A DNA stretch of 64,000 nt. It comes from Ignavibacteria bacterium. GTDB taxonomy: Bacteria > Bacteroidota > Ignavibacteria > Tepidaquicellales > OLB5. Of the stretch, positions 40,091 to 49,127 are shown piece by piece (positions within the stretch are counted from its first letter, which is position 1; each line of letters starts with the position of its first letter). The notes beneath the pieces were generated by a model. That model had not been told where the DNA came from, did no database searches, and saw only the letters and a list, made by a program, of their open reading frames with translations. Both the position numbers and the translations under genes were made by a program. The stretch covers positions 2,312 to 66,311 of the forward strand of contig JAUQWQ010000011.1 of the NCBI GenBank assembly GCA_030835085.1, in the 5' to 3' direction.

Positions 40091-43000
40091 ATGGAACGCA
40101 GAAAAGTAACTATAGACGGAAATGAAGCAACTGCATATGTTGCTTACAATTTAAACGAAGTTTGCGCAATCTACCCTATCACACCATCATCAAACATGGG
40201 AGAGCTTTGTGACGAGTGGGCATCGCAGAATAAACCTAACATGTGGGGAATTGTTCCCACAGTACAGGAAATGCAGTCAGAAGGCGGAGCGGCAGGAGCT
40301 GTTCACGGTGCACTGCAAAATGGCGCGCTTACCACAACATTCACTGCATCACAGGGTCTCTTGCTAATGATACCTAACATGTATAAAATTGCAGGTGAGC
40401 TTACTTCAACAGTATTCCACGTTTCCGCGCGTTCAATTGCAGCGCAGGGACTTTCGATCTTTGGTGACCACAGCGATGTGATGGCTATCCGCCAAACCGG
40501 ATTTGCAATGCTTGCCTCGGCATCAGTACAGGAAGCAATGGATATGGCGCTTATTGCACAGGCATCTACGCTTGAAAGCAGAATTCCATTCCTGCATTTC
40601 TTCGATGGCTTCAGAACTTCTCATGAAGTAATGAAAATAGAAGAGCTGACTTATGAAGATATGAAAACAATGGTAAGCGAAGAGCTTATCCTTGAACACA
40701 GAAAAAGAGCATTAACCCCTGATAACCCGTTCATACGCGGTACAGCACAGAACCCGGATGTATATTTCCAGGCAAGGGAAACCGTGAATAAATATTACAA
40801 CAACTGCCCTGCAATTGTTCAGAAGTACATGGATAAATTCGGTGAGATTACCGGCAGAAAGTACAGGCTGTTTGATTACTACGGTCACCCTGAAGCTGAA
40901 AGAATTATTGTGCTAATGGGTTCAGGCAATGAGCCGGCAAAGGAAATTACTGACTGGCTAATTGCAAAAGGCGAAAAAGTTGGAATGGTTACAGTAAGGC
41001 TTTACAGGCCGTTCTCACTGGAGCATTTGCTCGATGTAATTCCCGTGACCGCGGAAAAAATCTCAGTGCTTGACAGAACCAAAGAACCGGGTGCAGGCGG
41101 CGAGCCATTATACCTGGATATTGTGAACGCAATTACTGAATCATACAGTAACGGTACTTTAAAGCTTAAGAAATTCCCAAAAATTACAGGCGGCAGGTAT
41201 GGTTTATCCTCTAAGGAATTCACACCTGCAATGATAAAAGCTGTTTATGATGAACTGAAGAAAGATAATTCCAAAAATCATTTTACTGTTGGCATAATTG
41301 ATGATGTAACCAACACCAGCCTGGATTTTGACGCTTCGCTATCAGTTGAGGACCCGCAGACATTCCGCGGAATGTTCTACGGTCTTGGTGCAGATGGTAC
41401 AGTAGGTGCAAATAAGAATTCAATTAAAATAATCGGAGAAGAAACAGATAATTTTGCTCAGGGTTATTTTGTATACGATTCTAAAAAATCAGGCTCTATG
41501 ACAACTTCGCATTTGAGGTTTGGCCCAAAACCGATACGCTCAACATACCTCATAACAAGAGCCAATTTTATAGCCTGCCACCAGCCTTCATTCCTGGATA
41601 GAATTGATATGCTGGCAAATGCTGAGGAAGGCGCTACATTTCTTTTGAATACGCTCATACCTAAAGAGCAGATTTTCGGTGAGCTGCCTAAAAAGGTTCA
41701 GCAGACAATAATAGATAAAAAATTAAAGTTTTATATTATTGATGCGTATAAAGTTGCAAAAGAAACCGGCATGGGATTGAGGATAAATTCCATTATGCAG
41801 ACATGTTTCTTCGCAATTTCAAATATACTGCCCCGCGAAGAAGCAATTGCCAAGATCAAAAAGAGCATTGAAAAAACCTATGGCAAAAAAGGCGAAGCAG
41901 TAGTGAAGATGAATTTTGAATCAGTCGATAAAACACTTGCAAACCTGTTTGAAGTTGATATTCCAAAAGTCACCTCAGGCGAGTTAATGATGAGGGAAGC
42001 TGTTTCTGCTCGGGCACCGGAGTTCGTAAGAAATGTTACTTCAATGATGATCGAAGGCAAAGGTGACCTTATCCCTGTAAGTATGCTGCCTGATGACGGA
42101 ACGTATCCTTCAGCGACTGCAATGTGGGAAAAAAGGAATATAGCTCTAGAAGTCCCGGTATGGGATATGGCCGTTTGCATTCAGTGCAACAAGTGCGCAA
42201 TAGTCTGCCCGCATGCTGCTATCAGACCTAAAGTTTATGACCAAAGCGAGCTGATTAACGTTCCTGAAACATTCAAGTATACAAAATACAGGGGTAAAGA
42301 GTACGGCGAAAGCGCGCAGTACAGCCTGCAGGTTGCAGTTGAAGACTGCACCGGCTGCGGGATCTGTGTTGAAGTATGCCCTGCAAAGAATAAACAGGAA
42401 ACCCGCTTCAAAGCTATTAATATGGTATCCAATGAAACCGACGGTTTAAGGGAAAAAGAAGCGGTCAATTTTGATTACTTCCTCAACCTGCCTGAAGTGG
42501 ACAGAACAAAAGTAAACACATCTGCGGTTAAAGATTCGCAATTCTTACAGCCCTTGTTTGAGTTTTCAGGTGCATGTTTAGGCTGTGGTGAAACTCCGTA
42601 CGTGAAACTTGTAAGCCAGTTATTTGGTGACCGTGCAATCATTGCAAATGCTACAGGTTGCTCAAGCATTTACGGCGGCAACCTGCCAACAACTCCGTGG
42701 ACAAAGAACAAGGATGGCCGCGGACCGGCATGGAGCAATTCATTATTTGAAGATAACGCTGAATTCGGATTAGGCTACCGCCTTGCCGTTGATAAACATA
42801 AAGAGCAGGCAGAATTCCTGCTGAAAAAATTCGCACCTGAAATTGGCGAAAAACTGACCGATGCAATACTGAATGCAAATCAGGATGATGAGCTTGGAAT
42901 ATTCAATCAAAGGGCAAGAGTTCAGGACCTGAAAAAGAAACTGAAGAATATTAAAGGTGATGGAGCAAGATCACTTGAATGGCTAAGCGATTACCTTGTG

Positions 43001-43669
43001 AAAAAATCTGTATGGATTATGGGCGGAGACGGATGGGCTTATGATATAGGATTCGGCGGACTTGACCATGTGCTGCTTTCAGGAAAAAATGTTAACCTGC
43101 TGGTACTTGATACAGAAGTATACTCAAACACCGGCGGTCAGACATCTAAATCTACTCCAAGAGCAGCTGTAGCAAAATTTTCGGCAGCAGGTAAAACTAC
43201 AGCTAAGAAAGACCTCGGACTTCTTGCGGTTAGCTACGGAAATGTATATGTTGCAAGGGTTGCTTTGGGGGCAAGTGATTCACAAACTCTCAAAGCATTC
43301 ACAGAAGCCGAAAAATACGACGGACCTTCGCTTATTATTGCTTACAGTCATTGCATTGCTCACGGAATAAACATGAGAACAGCCAACCAGAACCAAAAAG
43401 CTGCTGTTGAATCAGGTTACTGGCCGCTCTTCAGGTTCAACCCTGAACTTATCGAACAGGGTGAAACCCCGTTCAAGTTGGATAGCAAACCGCCAAAGAT
43501 CAAATTGGCAGATTACGCATATCTGGAAACAAGATATAAGATGTTAACTAAGAGCCACCCTGAACAGGCTAAGTTGCTTATGATTGAAGCTCAGGAAGAC
43601 GTTAACAAACGCTGGAAAATGTATGAAGATCTGACAGCAGATTACCAGAAAGCATTTGTAAAGATATAG
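40091..43669 (+). CDS. nifJ: Pyruvate:ferredoxin (flavodoxin) oxidoreductase, monomeric type
   Basis: 1192 aa. N-terminal DGNEATAYVAY. Internal 2x[4Fe-4S] domain (CIQCNKCAIVCPHAAIR, CTGCGICVEVCP). TPP motif GGDGWAYDIGFGGLDH. Confidence 0.9.
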   Translation: MERRKVTIDGNEATAYVAYNLNEVCAIYPITPSSNMGELCDEWASQNKPNMWGIVPTVQEMQSEGGAAGAVHGALQNGALTTTFTASQGLLLMIPNMYKIAGELTSTVFHVSARSIAAQGLSIFGDHSDVMAIRQTGFAMLASASVQEAMDMALIAQASTLESRIPFLHFFDGFRTSHEVMKIEELTYEDMKTMVSEELILEHRKRALTPDNPFIRGTAQNPDVYFQARETVNKYYNNCPAIVQKYMDKFGEITGRKYRLFDYYGHPEAERIIVLMGSGNEPAKEITDWLIAKGEKVGMVTVRLYRPFSLEHLLDVIPVTAEKISVLDRTKEPGAGGEPLYLDIVNAITESYSNGTLKLKKFPKITGGRYGLSSKEFTPAMIKAVYDELKKDNSKNHFTVGIIDDVTNTSLDFDASLSVEDPQTFRGMFYGLGADGTVGANKNSIKIIGEETDNFAQGYFVYDSKKSGSMTTSHLRFGPKPIRSTYLITRANFIACHQPSFLDRIDMLANAEEGATFLLNTLIPKEQIFGELPKKVQQTIIDKKLKFYIIDAYKVAKETGMGLRINSIMQTCFFAISNILPREEAIAKIKKSIEKTYGKKGEAVVKMNFESVDKTLANLFEVDIPKVTSGELMMREAVSARAPEFVRNVTSMMIEGKGDLIPVSMLPDDGTYPSATAMWEKRNIALEVPVWDMAVCIQCNKCAIVCPHAAIRPKVYDQSELINVPETFKYTKYRGKEYGESAQYSLQVAVEDCTGCGICVEVCPAKNKQETRFKAINMVSNETDGLREKEAVNFDYFLNLPEVDRTKVNTSAVKDSQFLQPLFEFSGACLGCGETPYVKLVSQLFGDRAIIANATGCSSIYGGNLPTTPWTKNKDGRGPAWSNSLFEDNAEFGLGYRLAVDKHKEQAEFLLKKFAPEIGEKLTDAILNANQDDELGIFNQRARVQDLKKKLKNIKGDGARSLEWLSDYLVKKSVWIMGGDGWAYDIGFGGLDHVLLSGKNVNLLVLDTEVYSNTGGQTSKSTPRAAVAKFSAAGKTTAKKDLGLLAVSYGNVYVARVALGASDSQTLKAFTEAEKYDGPSLIIAYSHCIAHGINMRTANQNQKAAVESGYWPLFRFNPELIEQGETPFKLDSKPPKIKLADYAYLETRYKMLTKSHPEQAKLLMIEAQEDVNKRWKMYEDLTADYQKAFVKI

Positions 43670-43676
43670 TATCCTG

Positions 43677-44030
43677 ATGAAGCACCTGATAATAATAAAT
43701 GAACAGCCTTACGGAAGTGAAAAGCCATACAATGGCTTAAGATTGGCAATGCAGATCCAGAAGGATTTCCCGGCAGATACAGTCAGGATATTTCTGATGG
43801 CTGATGCTGCAGCCTGTGCCAAAGCAGGGCAGGTTACTCCGAATGGTTTTTATAATATTGAAAGAATGCTGAATTCAGTGCTGATGAACAAAGGTGAAGT
43901 GAAAATATGCGGCTCCTGTGCTTCTGCAAGAGGCATCAAAGAAGAAGAAGTGATTGCCGGAACCCGGATGAGCACAATGGCTGAACTGACAGCCTGGTAT
44001 ATGGATTCTGATAAAGTAATAAGTTTTTAA
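43677..44030 (+). CDS. DsrE/DsrF-like family protein
   Basis: 117 aa. The layout MKHLIIINEQPYGSEKPYNGLRLA...IFLMADAA...KICGSCASARG is typical of small DsrE-fold proteins. Starts 7 nt after the nifJ stop. Confidence 0.65.
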   Translation: MKHLIIINEQPYGSEKPYNGLRLAMQIQKDFPADTVRIFLMADAAACAKAGQVTPNGFYNIERMLNSVLMNKGEVKICGSCASARGIKEEEVIAGTRMSTMAELTAWYMDSDKVISF

Positions 44031-44082
44031 AAGTAATTATAAATCAATAAATGGATTCCTGCTTTCGCGGGAATGGACGATC

Positions 44083-45072
44083 ATGATAGACCTCTCAACA
44101 CATTACCTGGGAATGAATCTGAAGAACCCGATAGTTCCTTCGGCTTCTCCGCTGACCAAGGATATAAGTAATGTAAAAAAAATGGAAGATGCCGGAGCAT
44201 CTGCAATTGTAATGTACTCTCTTTTTGAAGAGCAGATAACTCACGAAGCCATGGAGCTTTATCACCATACTTCTTACCATGAAGATACTCATGCTGAGGC
44301 ATTGAAATATTTCCCTGAGCAGAGTTATAATCTTGGACCCGAAGAGTATCTTGAACATTTGCACAACATTAAAAAAAGTGTTAATATCCCCGTAATAGGA
44401 AGCCTTAACGGCTGCACTGACGGCGGATGGACAAAGTATGCCAAACTTATTGAGGAAGCCGGCGCTGACGCACTGGAGCTTAACATGTACATGCTTGCTA
44501 CGGATTTCGATACGACTTCTGAAGATATAGAAAATATTTATGTTGAAACCCTCCGCTCTGTTAAAGCAAATATCGGGATCCCGGTTGCAATGAAGATAAG
44601 TCCATACATAAGCGCACTTGGTCATTTTGCCAAACGCCTGGATAATGAAGGAGTTGACGGCCTGGTTTTGTTTAACAGGTTCTATCAGCCGGATATTGAC
44701 CTTGAAAATCTTGAAGTGGTACCAAACGTACTGCTTAGCAACAGCCAGTCAATGCGTTTGCCGCTCAGGTGGATAGCTATCCTTTATGGCAGGATAAATG
44801 CTTCGCTTGCGGCTACAAGCGGCGTAAACACAGCCGAAGATGTATTAAAGCTGACAATGACAGGCGCTGCCGTAACGCAGATTTTTGCAGCTTTGCATAA
44901 ATACGGCATTGACCATATTAAGACAATACTCGCAGATATGGAAAAATGGATGACAGAACATGAATATGAATCGCTGAAAATGATGAGGGGCTCTATGAGC
45001 CACAAATCAGTAGCAAACCCCGGCGCATTTGAAAGAGCTAACTACATGAAAGCGCTTAACAGCTTTAAATGA
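44083..45072 (+). CDS. Dihydroorotate dehydrogenase-like TIM-barrel protein (non-canonical)
   Basis: N-terminal L.T.YLGMNLKNPIVPSASPLT and the FMN-barrel layout resemble class 1 DHOD. The catalytic-loop position reads LELNMYMLATD instead of N-x-S-C-P-N. Confidence 0.75.
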   Translation: MIDLSTHYLGMNLKNPIVPSASPLTKDISNVKKMEDAGASAIVMYSLFEEQITHEAMELYHHTSYHEDTHAEALKYFPEQSYNLGPEEYLEHLHNIKKSVNIPVIGSLNGCTDGGWTKYAKLIEEAGADALELNMYMLATDFDTTSEDIENIYVETLRSVKANIGIPVAMKISPYISALGHFAKRLDNEGVDGLVLFNRFYQPDIDLENLEVVPNVLLSNSQSMRLPLRWIAILYGRINASLAATSGVNTAEDVLKLTMTGAAVTQIFAALHKYGIDHIKTILADMEKWMTEHEYESLKMMRGSMSHKSVANPGAFERANYMKALNSFK

Positions 45073-45228
45073 TGTAATGACGCTGCTTAGCAGGAACGCG
45101 GGACCTTACTCCTCTATGCGGGTAATAAGGCACGCTTCCAAAAGCACAAATAAGGCAGAAAGCAAATTCTTAAACCTGGTCCAAAATTGGTAAAGTGATT
45201 TCATAATTTCTCTTAAAAGAGGTGTAAT

Positions 45229-45675
45229 ATGAGAATTCATCATATAATTGCAGCACTAGCTGTATTATTACTTATATCGTGCGGTGAGGATAATACCGTT
45301 ATTCAAACAAATAATCCACAGCCGGTCTATTCACATGCATTAATTGAACTTTCCGGTCCGGGATTAAGAGAATATCATGATACGATCCCCTTAACCATTG
45401 AAAATACTGATTCAATATATGTTGAGTTCTGGTCAGAAACGAATATTGATACAACTGATTATGTTGTTGTGAGTGTTGCGGTATATGACACTTTAACTGG
45501 TGGTTCTACGTATTTCAGCAATTATTTCACTGAAAATACAAGAGATCTGAACCGGGTACACGGGTTCGGTTTTAAGATGGTAAACTCAACTATAAAACTG
45601 GAGTGCACATTGCTTAAGGGAAGTATTGATGATAAATTTCTGAGGATAAGGAATCTGAATATCTACAAAAAATAG
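45229..45675 (+). CDS. Hypothetical lipoprotein
   Basis: Lipobox LLISCGED. 148 aa with no recognisable motif. Confidence 0.5.
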   Translation: MRIHHIIAALAVLLLISCGEDNTVIQTNNPQPVYSHALIELSGPGLREYHDTIPLTIENTDSIYVEFWSETNIDTTDYVVVSVAVYDTLTGGSTYFSNYFTENTRDLNRVHGFGFKMVNSTIKLECTLLKGSIDDKFLRIRNLNIYKK

Positions 45676-45701
45676 TTTATAAAACTAAATTACTGCTTAA
45701 T

Positions 45702-46412
45702 ATGGATGAAAAGATATATTCAATGCCAAGAATTGGCGACCCTGCGCCTGAATTTAAAGCTGTAACAACACAGGGCGAAATTAATTTCCCTGCAGATTAT
45801 ACAGGAAACTGGGTAATTCTGTTCAGCCACCCTGCTGATTTCACACCAGTATGCACTTCAGAGTTCATGACATTTGCAAAGTTGGAAGGTGAATTCGCAA
45901 AAGCAAACTGCAAACTTGTGGGACTTTCAGTTGACGGGTTATACAGTCACATTGCATGGCTTAGGACTATAAAAGAAAAGATAGAATACAGAGGTATGAA
46001 GGAAATTGAAGTTAAATTTCCGCTCATAGAAGATATCACAATGGAAGTTGCGAAGAAGTACGGAATGATACAGCCGGGCGAAAGCGCTACAAAAGCAGTC
46101 CGTGCAGTCTTCTTTATTGATCCCAAAGGAACAATAAGAACAATAGTATACTATCCATTGAATGTAGGCAGAAATTTTGATGAGCTTTACAGAGTTTTAA
46201 TTGCCCTTCAGACTTCCGATAAATTCGGTATAGCTACTCCCGCTGACTGGAGGCCCGGTGATGACGTTATAGTTCCCCCGGCAGGTTCCTGCGGTGTTGC
46301 TAAAGAAAGAATGGACGGCAAGGAAGAAGATGTGAAATGTTATGACTGGTTCTTCTGTACGAAGAAACTTGGTAAAGATAAGATATTTGATGAGATTCTC
46401 CAGAAAAACTAA
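45702..46412 (+). CDS. Peroxiredoxin (Prx6/archaeal-like subgroup)
   Basis: PAPEF...FSHPADFTPVCTSE peroxidatic Cys motif. The C-terminal Cys pair is AGSCGVAKE...VKCYDWFFC. The likely true start is the MPRIGD Met at 45723. Confidence 0.9.
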   Translation: MDEKIYSMPRIGDPAPEFKAVTTQGEINFPADYTGNWVILFSHPADFTPVCTSEFMTFAKLEGEFAKANCKLVGLSVDGLYSHIAWLRTIKEKIEYRGMKEIEVKFPLIEDITMEVAKKYGMIQPGESATKAVRAVFFIDPKGTIRTIVYYPLNVGRNFDELYRVLIALQTSDKFGIATPADWRPGDDVIVPPAGSCGVAKERMDGKEEDVKCYDWFFCTKKLGKDKIFDEILQKN

Positions 46413-46556
46413 ATCCAATGAATTTGGGAGCTATTTTGATTAATTTTTGGTTATATTAGTACGTGGGGAAATAAAAGCAGACCCACTGAGAAAGGAGCGT
46501 GTATGATAAGTATAAGTTTTAGGAGGGCAAGGGCATAACCTGCCCAATCCTATTTG

Positions 46557-46588
46557 AAGCCTCTCATATTAGATATGAGAGGCTTTTT
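46557..46588 (+). terminator. Strong intrinsic terminator (13-bp stem) between convergent genes
   Basis: Stem aagcctctcatat/atatgagaggctt with loop tag and a T5 run on the plus strand. Lies 145 nt after the peroxiredoxin stop. Confidence 0.7.
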
Positions 46589-46591
46589 AAT

Positions 46592-46945
46592 TTACAGCCC
46601 TTCATAATCGATGAATAACTCTTCCCCGGGCTGGATATCACGGGAAGCATAATACTCATATTCTTCGTCTGAATGAAGATTTGGTTTATCTGAATGATTC
46701 AGGTACCAGCCTACGCTGATGCGGTTAAAATCACCCGGCATAGAGTAGCCGTCCTCGAATTTGATAGAGAAATTTTCTTTTAGCTCGTGAGAAATATCAA
46801 GCTTTTCATAATCTTCATTTGATACCCATATGACATCGTTTTCATGGAAAAGTGTATGAAGCTTATCGCCCTGCTTAATAAATGAGGTTGCAAAAACACC
46901 AATTCCGGCATCTTCGATTGTAGATTTTTTGAGTCTGAATTGCAT
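46592..46945 (-). CDS. SET-domain protein (putative lysine methyltransferase)
   Basis: KKSTIEDAGIGVFA, YLNHSDKPN and GEELFIDY are SET-domain hallmarks. The ORF track extends to 47038, but the first 31 codons look non-coding. Met at 46945 is preferred. Confidence 0.7.
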   Translation of the reverse strand: MQFRLKKSTIEDAGIGVFATSFIKQGDKLHTLFHENDVIWVSNEDYEKLDISHELKENFSIKFEDGYSMPGDFNRISVGWYLNHSDKPNLHSDEEYEYYASRDIQPGEELFIDYEGL

Positions 46946-47069
46946 TAATATTAAAAAAATAGTTAGAATAAATTCAGTAAGGGCAAATCCCTTATTATTA
47001 CACGAAAATAAAAATAAATGATTGAAGTTAAAATGCAAAGAACCGGAATTTCACAGAGTAAATGAGCAT

Positions 47070-47096
47070 AAAAAAAGAGAGCAATTGAGCTCTCTT
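47070..47096 (-). terminator. Intrinsic terminator after 47122..48012
   Basis: Stem agagagc/gctctct with a T-run on the minus strand. Same stem as the terminator at 48152-48182. Confidence 0.6.
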
Positions 47097-47121
47097 AAAA
47101 ATATTAAACATTACATATTAT

Positions 47122-48012
47122 CTACGGATAACTTACCGCAAAACCGGAAATTGAAAACGTGACTTTATTTCCGCTAATATCAATATATTTAATTGTGTAG
47201 CTTTCCTTACCGCCCACTTTAAAACTGGCTGTTGGATTTGCGCCGGATATTCTGAATTCAATTGGCGCATTAACAGCCGGTGAGACAATTTTCACAAAAT
47301 AATCATTCGGTCCGAATTCAGTTACCGTCATATTTCCTATTGAATTAATTCCTACTTCACTTGCAAAATATTCCGGAATTATTATGTTTTGCTCAGCTAC
47401 TCTGTTGATTGTCATTGGTACTTTTTCAAATGCAAATACAAGGCTTACTATTTCTATTCTCAGTTTATTTTCATTTGAAGATTCAGTTTTATTACCGAAT
47501 CTTAATCCTTCAGATAGCGCGCTCATAACGGCGGGGTCAAACTCTTTTGTACCTGCTTCAGAAATTTCAATGACAACTCCTTTGGTACGGTACAATTTTG
47601 TGATCAAAAACAAATTTTCAGCGGGATACTTTAATGCAAAATCTTCACTGAATTTGACCGAATCCTTATCAATTTCCCTCTCTTCAATTCCTGAACTCGA
47701 AAAATTAACAGATAATTTATTTATTTTTTCTTCAGGAATGTTTGCACCAACAAGAATATTGTTAATCATCTTTTTTATACCAACATCGTTCGATGAAGAA
47801 AATGACTGAAGCAGTGCTTCTGCATTTTCAGATGAAGTTTGCATCCACTTTGTTTCAATTATCCCCAAACCGCTTGATTTTGGAGTACCTGATTCTTCCG
47901 CTAATACTGAGGGAAGTGTAATATTGCCCGGTGGTGTTTTGAATAATACACCCTGCTGTGAAAACAATTGAATGTTTAAGAATAAGACCGCAATTATTAT
48001 TTTATATATCAT
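47122..48012 (-). CDS. Hypothetical secreted protein
   Basis: Signal peptide MIYKIIIAVLFLNIQLFSQ. 296 aa with no recognisable motif. Confidence 0.5.
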   Translation of the reverse strand: MIYKIIIAVLFLNIQLFSQQGVLFKTPPGNITLPSVLAEESGTPKSSGLGIIETKWMQTSSENAEALLQSFSSSNDVGIKKMINNILVGANIPEEKINKLSVNFSSSGIEEREIDKDSVKFSEDFALKYPAENLFLITKLYRTKGVVIEISEAGTKEFDPAVMSALSEGLRFGNKTESSNENKLRIEIVSLVFAFEKVPMTINRVAEQNIIIPEYFASEVGINSIGNMTVTEFGPNDYFVKIVSPAVNAPIEFRISGANPTASFKVGGKESYTIKYIDISGNKVTFSISGFAVSYP

Positions 48013-48151
48013 TTTATTGATGTCAAACTTAACCCTATAGTTACTGCAAATTTAATAATTCCTCAGGCTATTTAAAAAACCATAATTAGTGCGCAGTTTG
48101 AATAACGTGGAAAATACACTATAAATAACCAAGAATCTATCCCACCTGTAT

Positions 48152-48182
48152 AAAAAAAGAGAGCATTTCAGGCTCTCTTTTT
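48152..48182 (-). terminator. Intrinsic terminator after the GY-repeat gene
   Basis: Stem agagagc/gctctct with loop atttcag and a T-run on the minus strand. Confidence 0.6.
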
Positions 48183-48267
48183 ATCAATTAACCATAGCTA
48201 ACACGGAGGAAACAATTTCAGCTATTTAAACAAACCAAACTTTAACATCTATCGGAAACTCTGTTCT

Positions 48268-48708
48268 TTAATCATCATCATTATCATCGTGATTATCGTT
48301 GTGTTTATTCTTTTTGTTTTTATACCACCCTTTATGTTTGCCGTTGTCATGGTGTTTATGTTTCTTTTCTTTTTCATAATACTGTGTATTGTATTTGTAG
48401 TTACCATTCCTGTCATATCCGTTAACATTATAACCCTGTCTGTCATATCCGTATTGGTCATACCCGCTCCTGTCATAGCCTTCCCTGTTATATCCTTTTT
48501 GGTTATAACCTTCTCTGTTGTAACCCTGCCTGTCATACCCATATTTATCGTATCCTTCATAATCATATCCATCGGCATTACCGATCGATATATCCGGAAT
48601 AACGATCTTTATTGAACCGGGGTTATCCTCCTGGCTGTAAATATTTGCCGTTTGACCGGAAATTGCTGCAAAGATTATGAATGCAGCTAAGATGGTTTTT
48701 TTAATCAT
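48268..48708 (-). CDS. Secreted low-complexity protein with G-Y-(D/N)-x-x pentad repeats and a His/Lys/Asp-rich tail
   Basis: Signal peptide MIKKTILAAFIIFAAISGQTA. Eleven consecutive GY(D/N)xx pentads. Tail KKHKHHDNGKHKGWYKNKKNKHNDNHDDNDDD. The two other ORFs here are frame artefacts of the repeat. Confidence 0.6.
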   Translation of the reverse strand: MIKKTILAAFIIFAAISGQTANIYSQEDNPGSIKIVIPDISIGNADGYDYEGYDKYGYDRQGYNREGYNQKGYNREGYDRSGYDQYGYDRQGYNVNGYDRNGNYKYNTQYYEKEKKHKHHDNGKHKGWYKNKKNKHNDNHDDNDDD

Positions 48709-48908
48709 TTGTAATTACTCCTTTTAGAGGATTTATAAAATGTCCGGAGATGAACTTCTCCGATATACCTCTTGAAACAAACCTCAGGCTCTTGTGTTCC
48801 TGTTTTAATGTAACCGTTTGTAAATGTATTGTTATAAGCTGAAAAAGCGGGTTATTGTATTAATTCGGGGAATTTTCTTTTAACCTTTACAACAAAAATC
48901 AAAATTGT

Positions 48909-48916
48909 TATATTTG
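48909..48916 (+). promoter_or_regulatory. Bacteroidetes-type -7 box (TAnnTTTG) ahead of the tRNA-like leader
   Basis: tatatttg ends 14 nt upstream of position 48931. No comparable box lies directly upstream of the intact tRNA. Confidence 0.35.
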
Positions 48917-48930
48917 CAGGTATTAAAAAT

Positions 48931-48999
48931 TGCCCGATGGTGTAACTGGCAATCCCGCAGAGCGGGATTTCATCCGGCTAGCGCCGGATTCAACACGCC
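48931..48999 (+). other. Truncated tRNA-Gln 5' copy interrupted by a 38-41 nt double GC-hairpin insertion
   Basis: 48931-48952 is identical to tRNA positions 49050-49071, and 48991-48999 (caacacgcc) is identical to 49069-49077. In between lie atcccgc-aga-gcgggat and atccggc-tagc-gccggat. The anticodon, T arm and 3' acceptor are absent. Confidence 0.6.
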
Positions 49000-49049
49000 A
49001 TTTTAGTATGATTTCAAAGTTTCAAATGTTCTTAATTATGTTCCAATTC

Positions 49050-49122
49050 TGCCCGATGGTGTAACTGGCAACACGCCTGATTCTGGATCAGGAAAGTCTA
49101 GGTTCGACCCCTAGTCGGGCAA
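49050..49122 (+). tRNA. tRNA-Gln (anticodon CTG)
   Basis: Manual cloverleaf: acceptor TGCCCGA/TCGGGCA (U1:A72 as in bacterial tRNA-Gln), D arm GTGT-AACTGGCA-ACAC, anticodon arm CCTGA-TTCTGGA-TCAGG, variable loop AAAGT, T arm CTAGG-TTCGACC-CCTAG, discriminator A. CCA is not encoded. Confidence 0.9.
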
Positions 49123-49127
49123 CAGCT

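Noticed and set aside
45078-45194. 38-codon ORF (MTLLSRNAGPYSS...) in the relatively GC-rich spacer after the DHOD-like gene.
   Set aside because: There is no SD or promoter signal and no recognisable motif. The basic, low-complexity composition adds nothing. The evidence is insufficient to call a gene.
48249-48615. Two extra ORFs overlapping the GY-repeat gene: 48249..48578 on the minus strand and 48289..48615 on the plus strand.
   Set aside because: The 15-nt periodic DNA keeps several frames open. Only the 48268..48708 frame has a signal peptide and a coherent repeat. The others translate to Met/Thr- or Val/Ile/Phe-rich strings that mirror the repeat.
48931-49122. The duplicated tRNA-Gln segment considered as attL/attR of an integrated mobile element.
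   Set aside because: The copies are only ~119 nt apart with no cargo between them. No integrase is nearby. The duplicated part is the 5' end of the tRNA, whereas integrative elements typically duplicate the 3' end.
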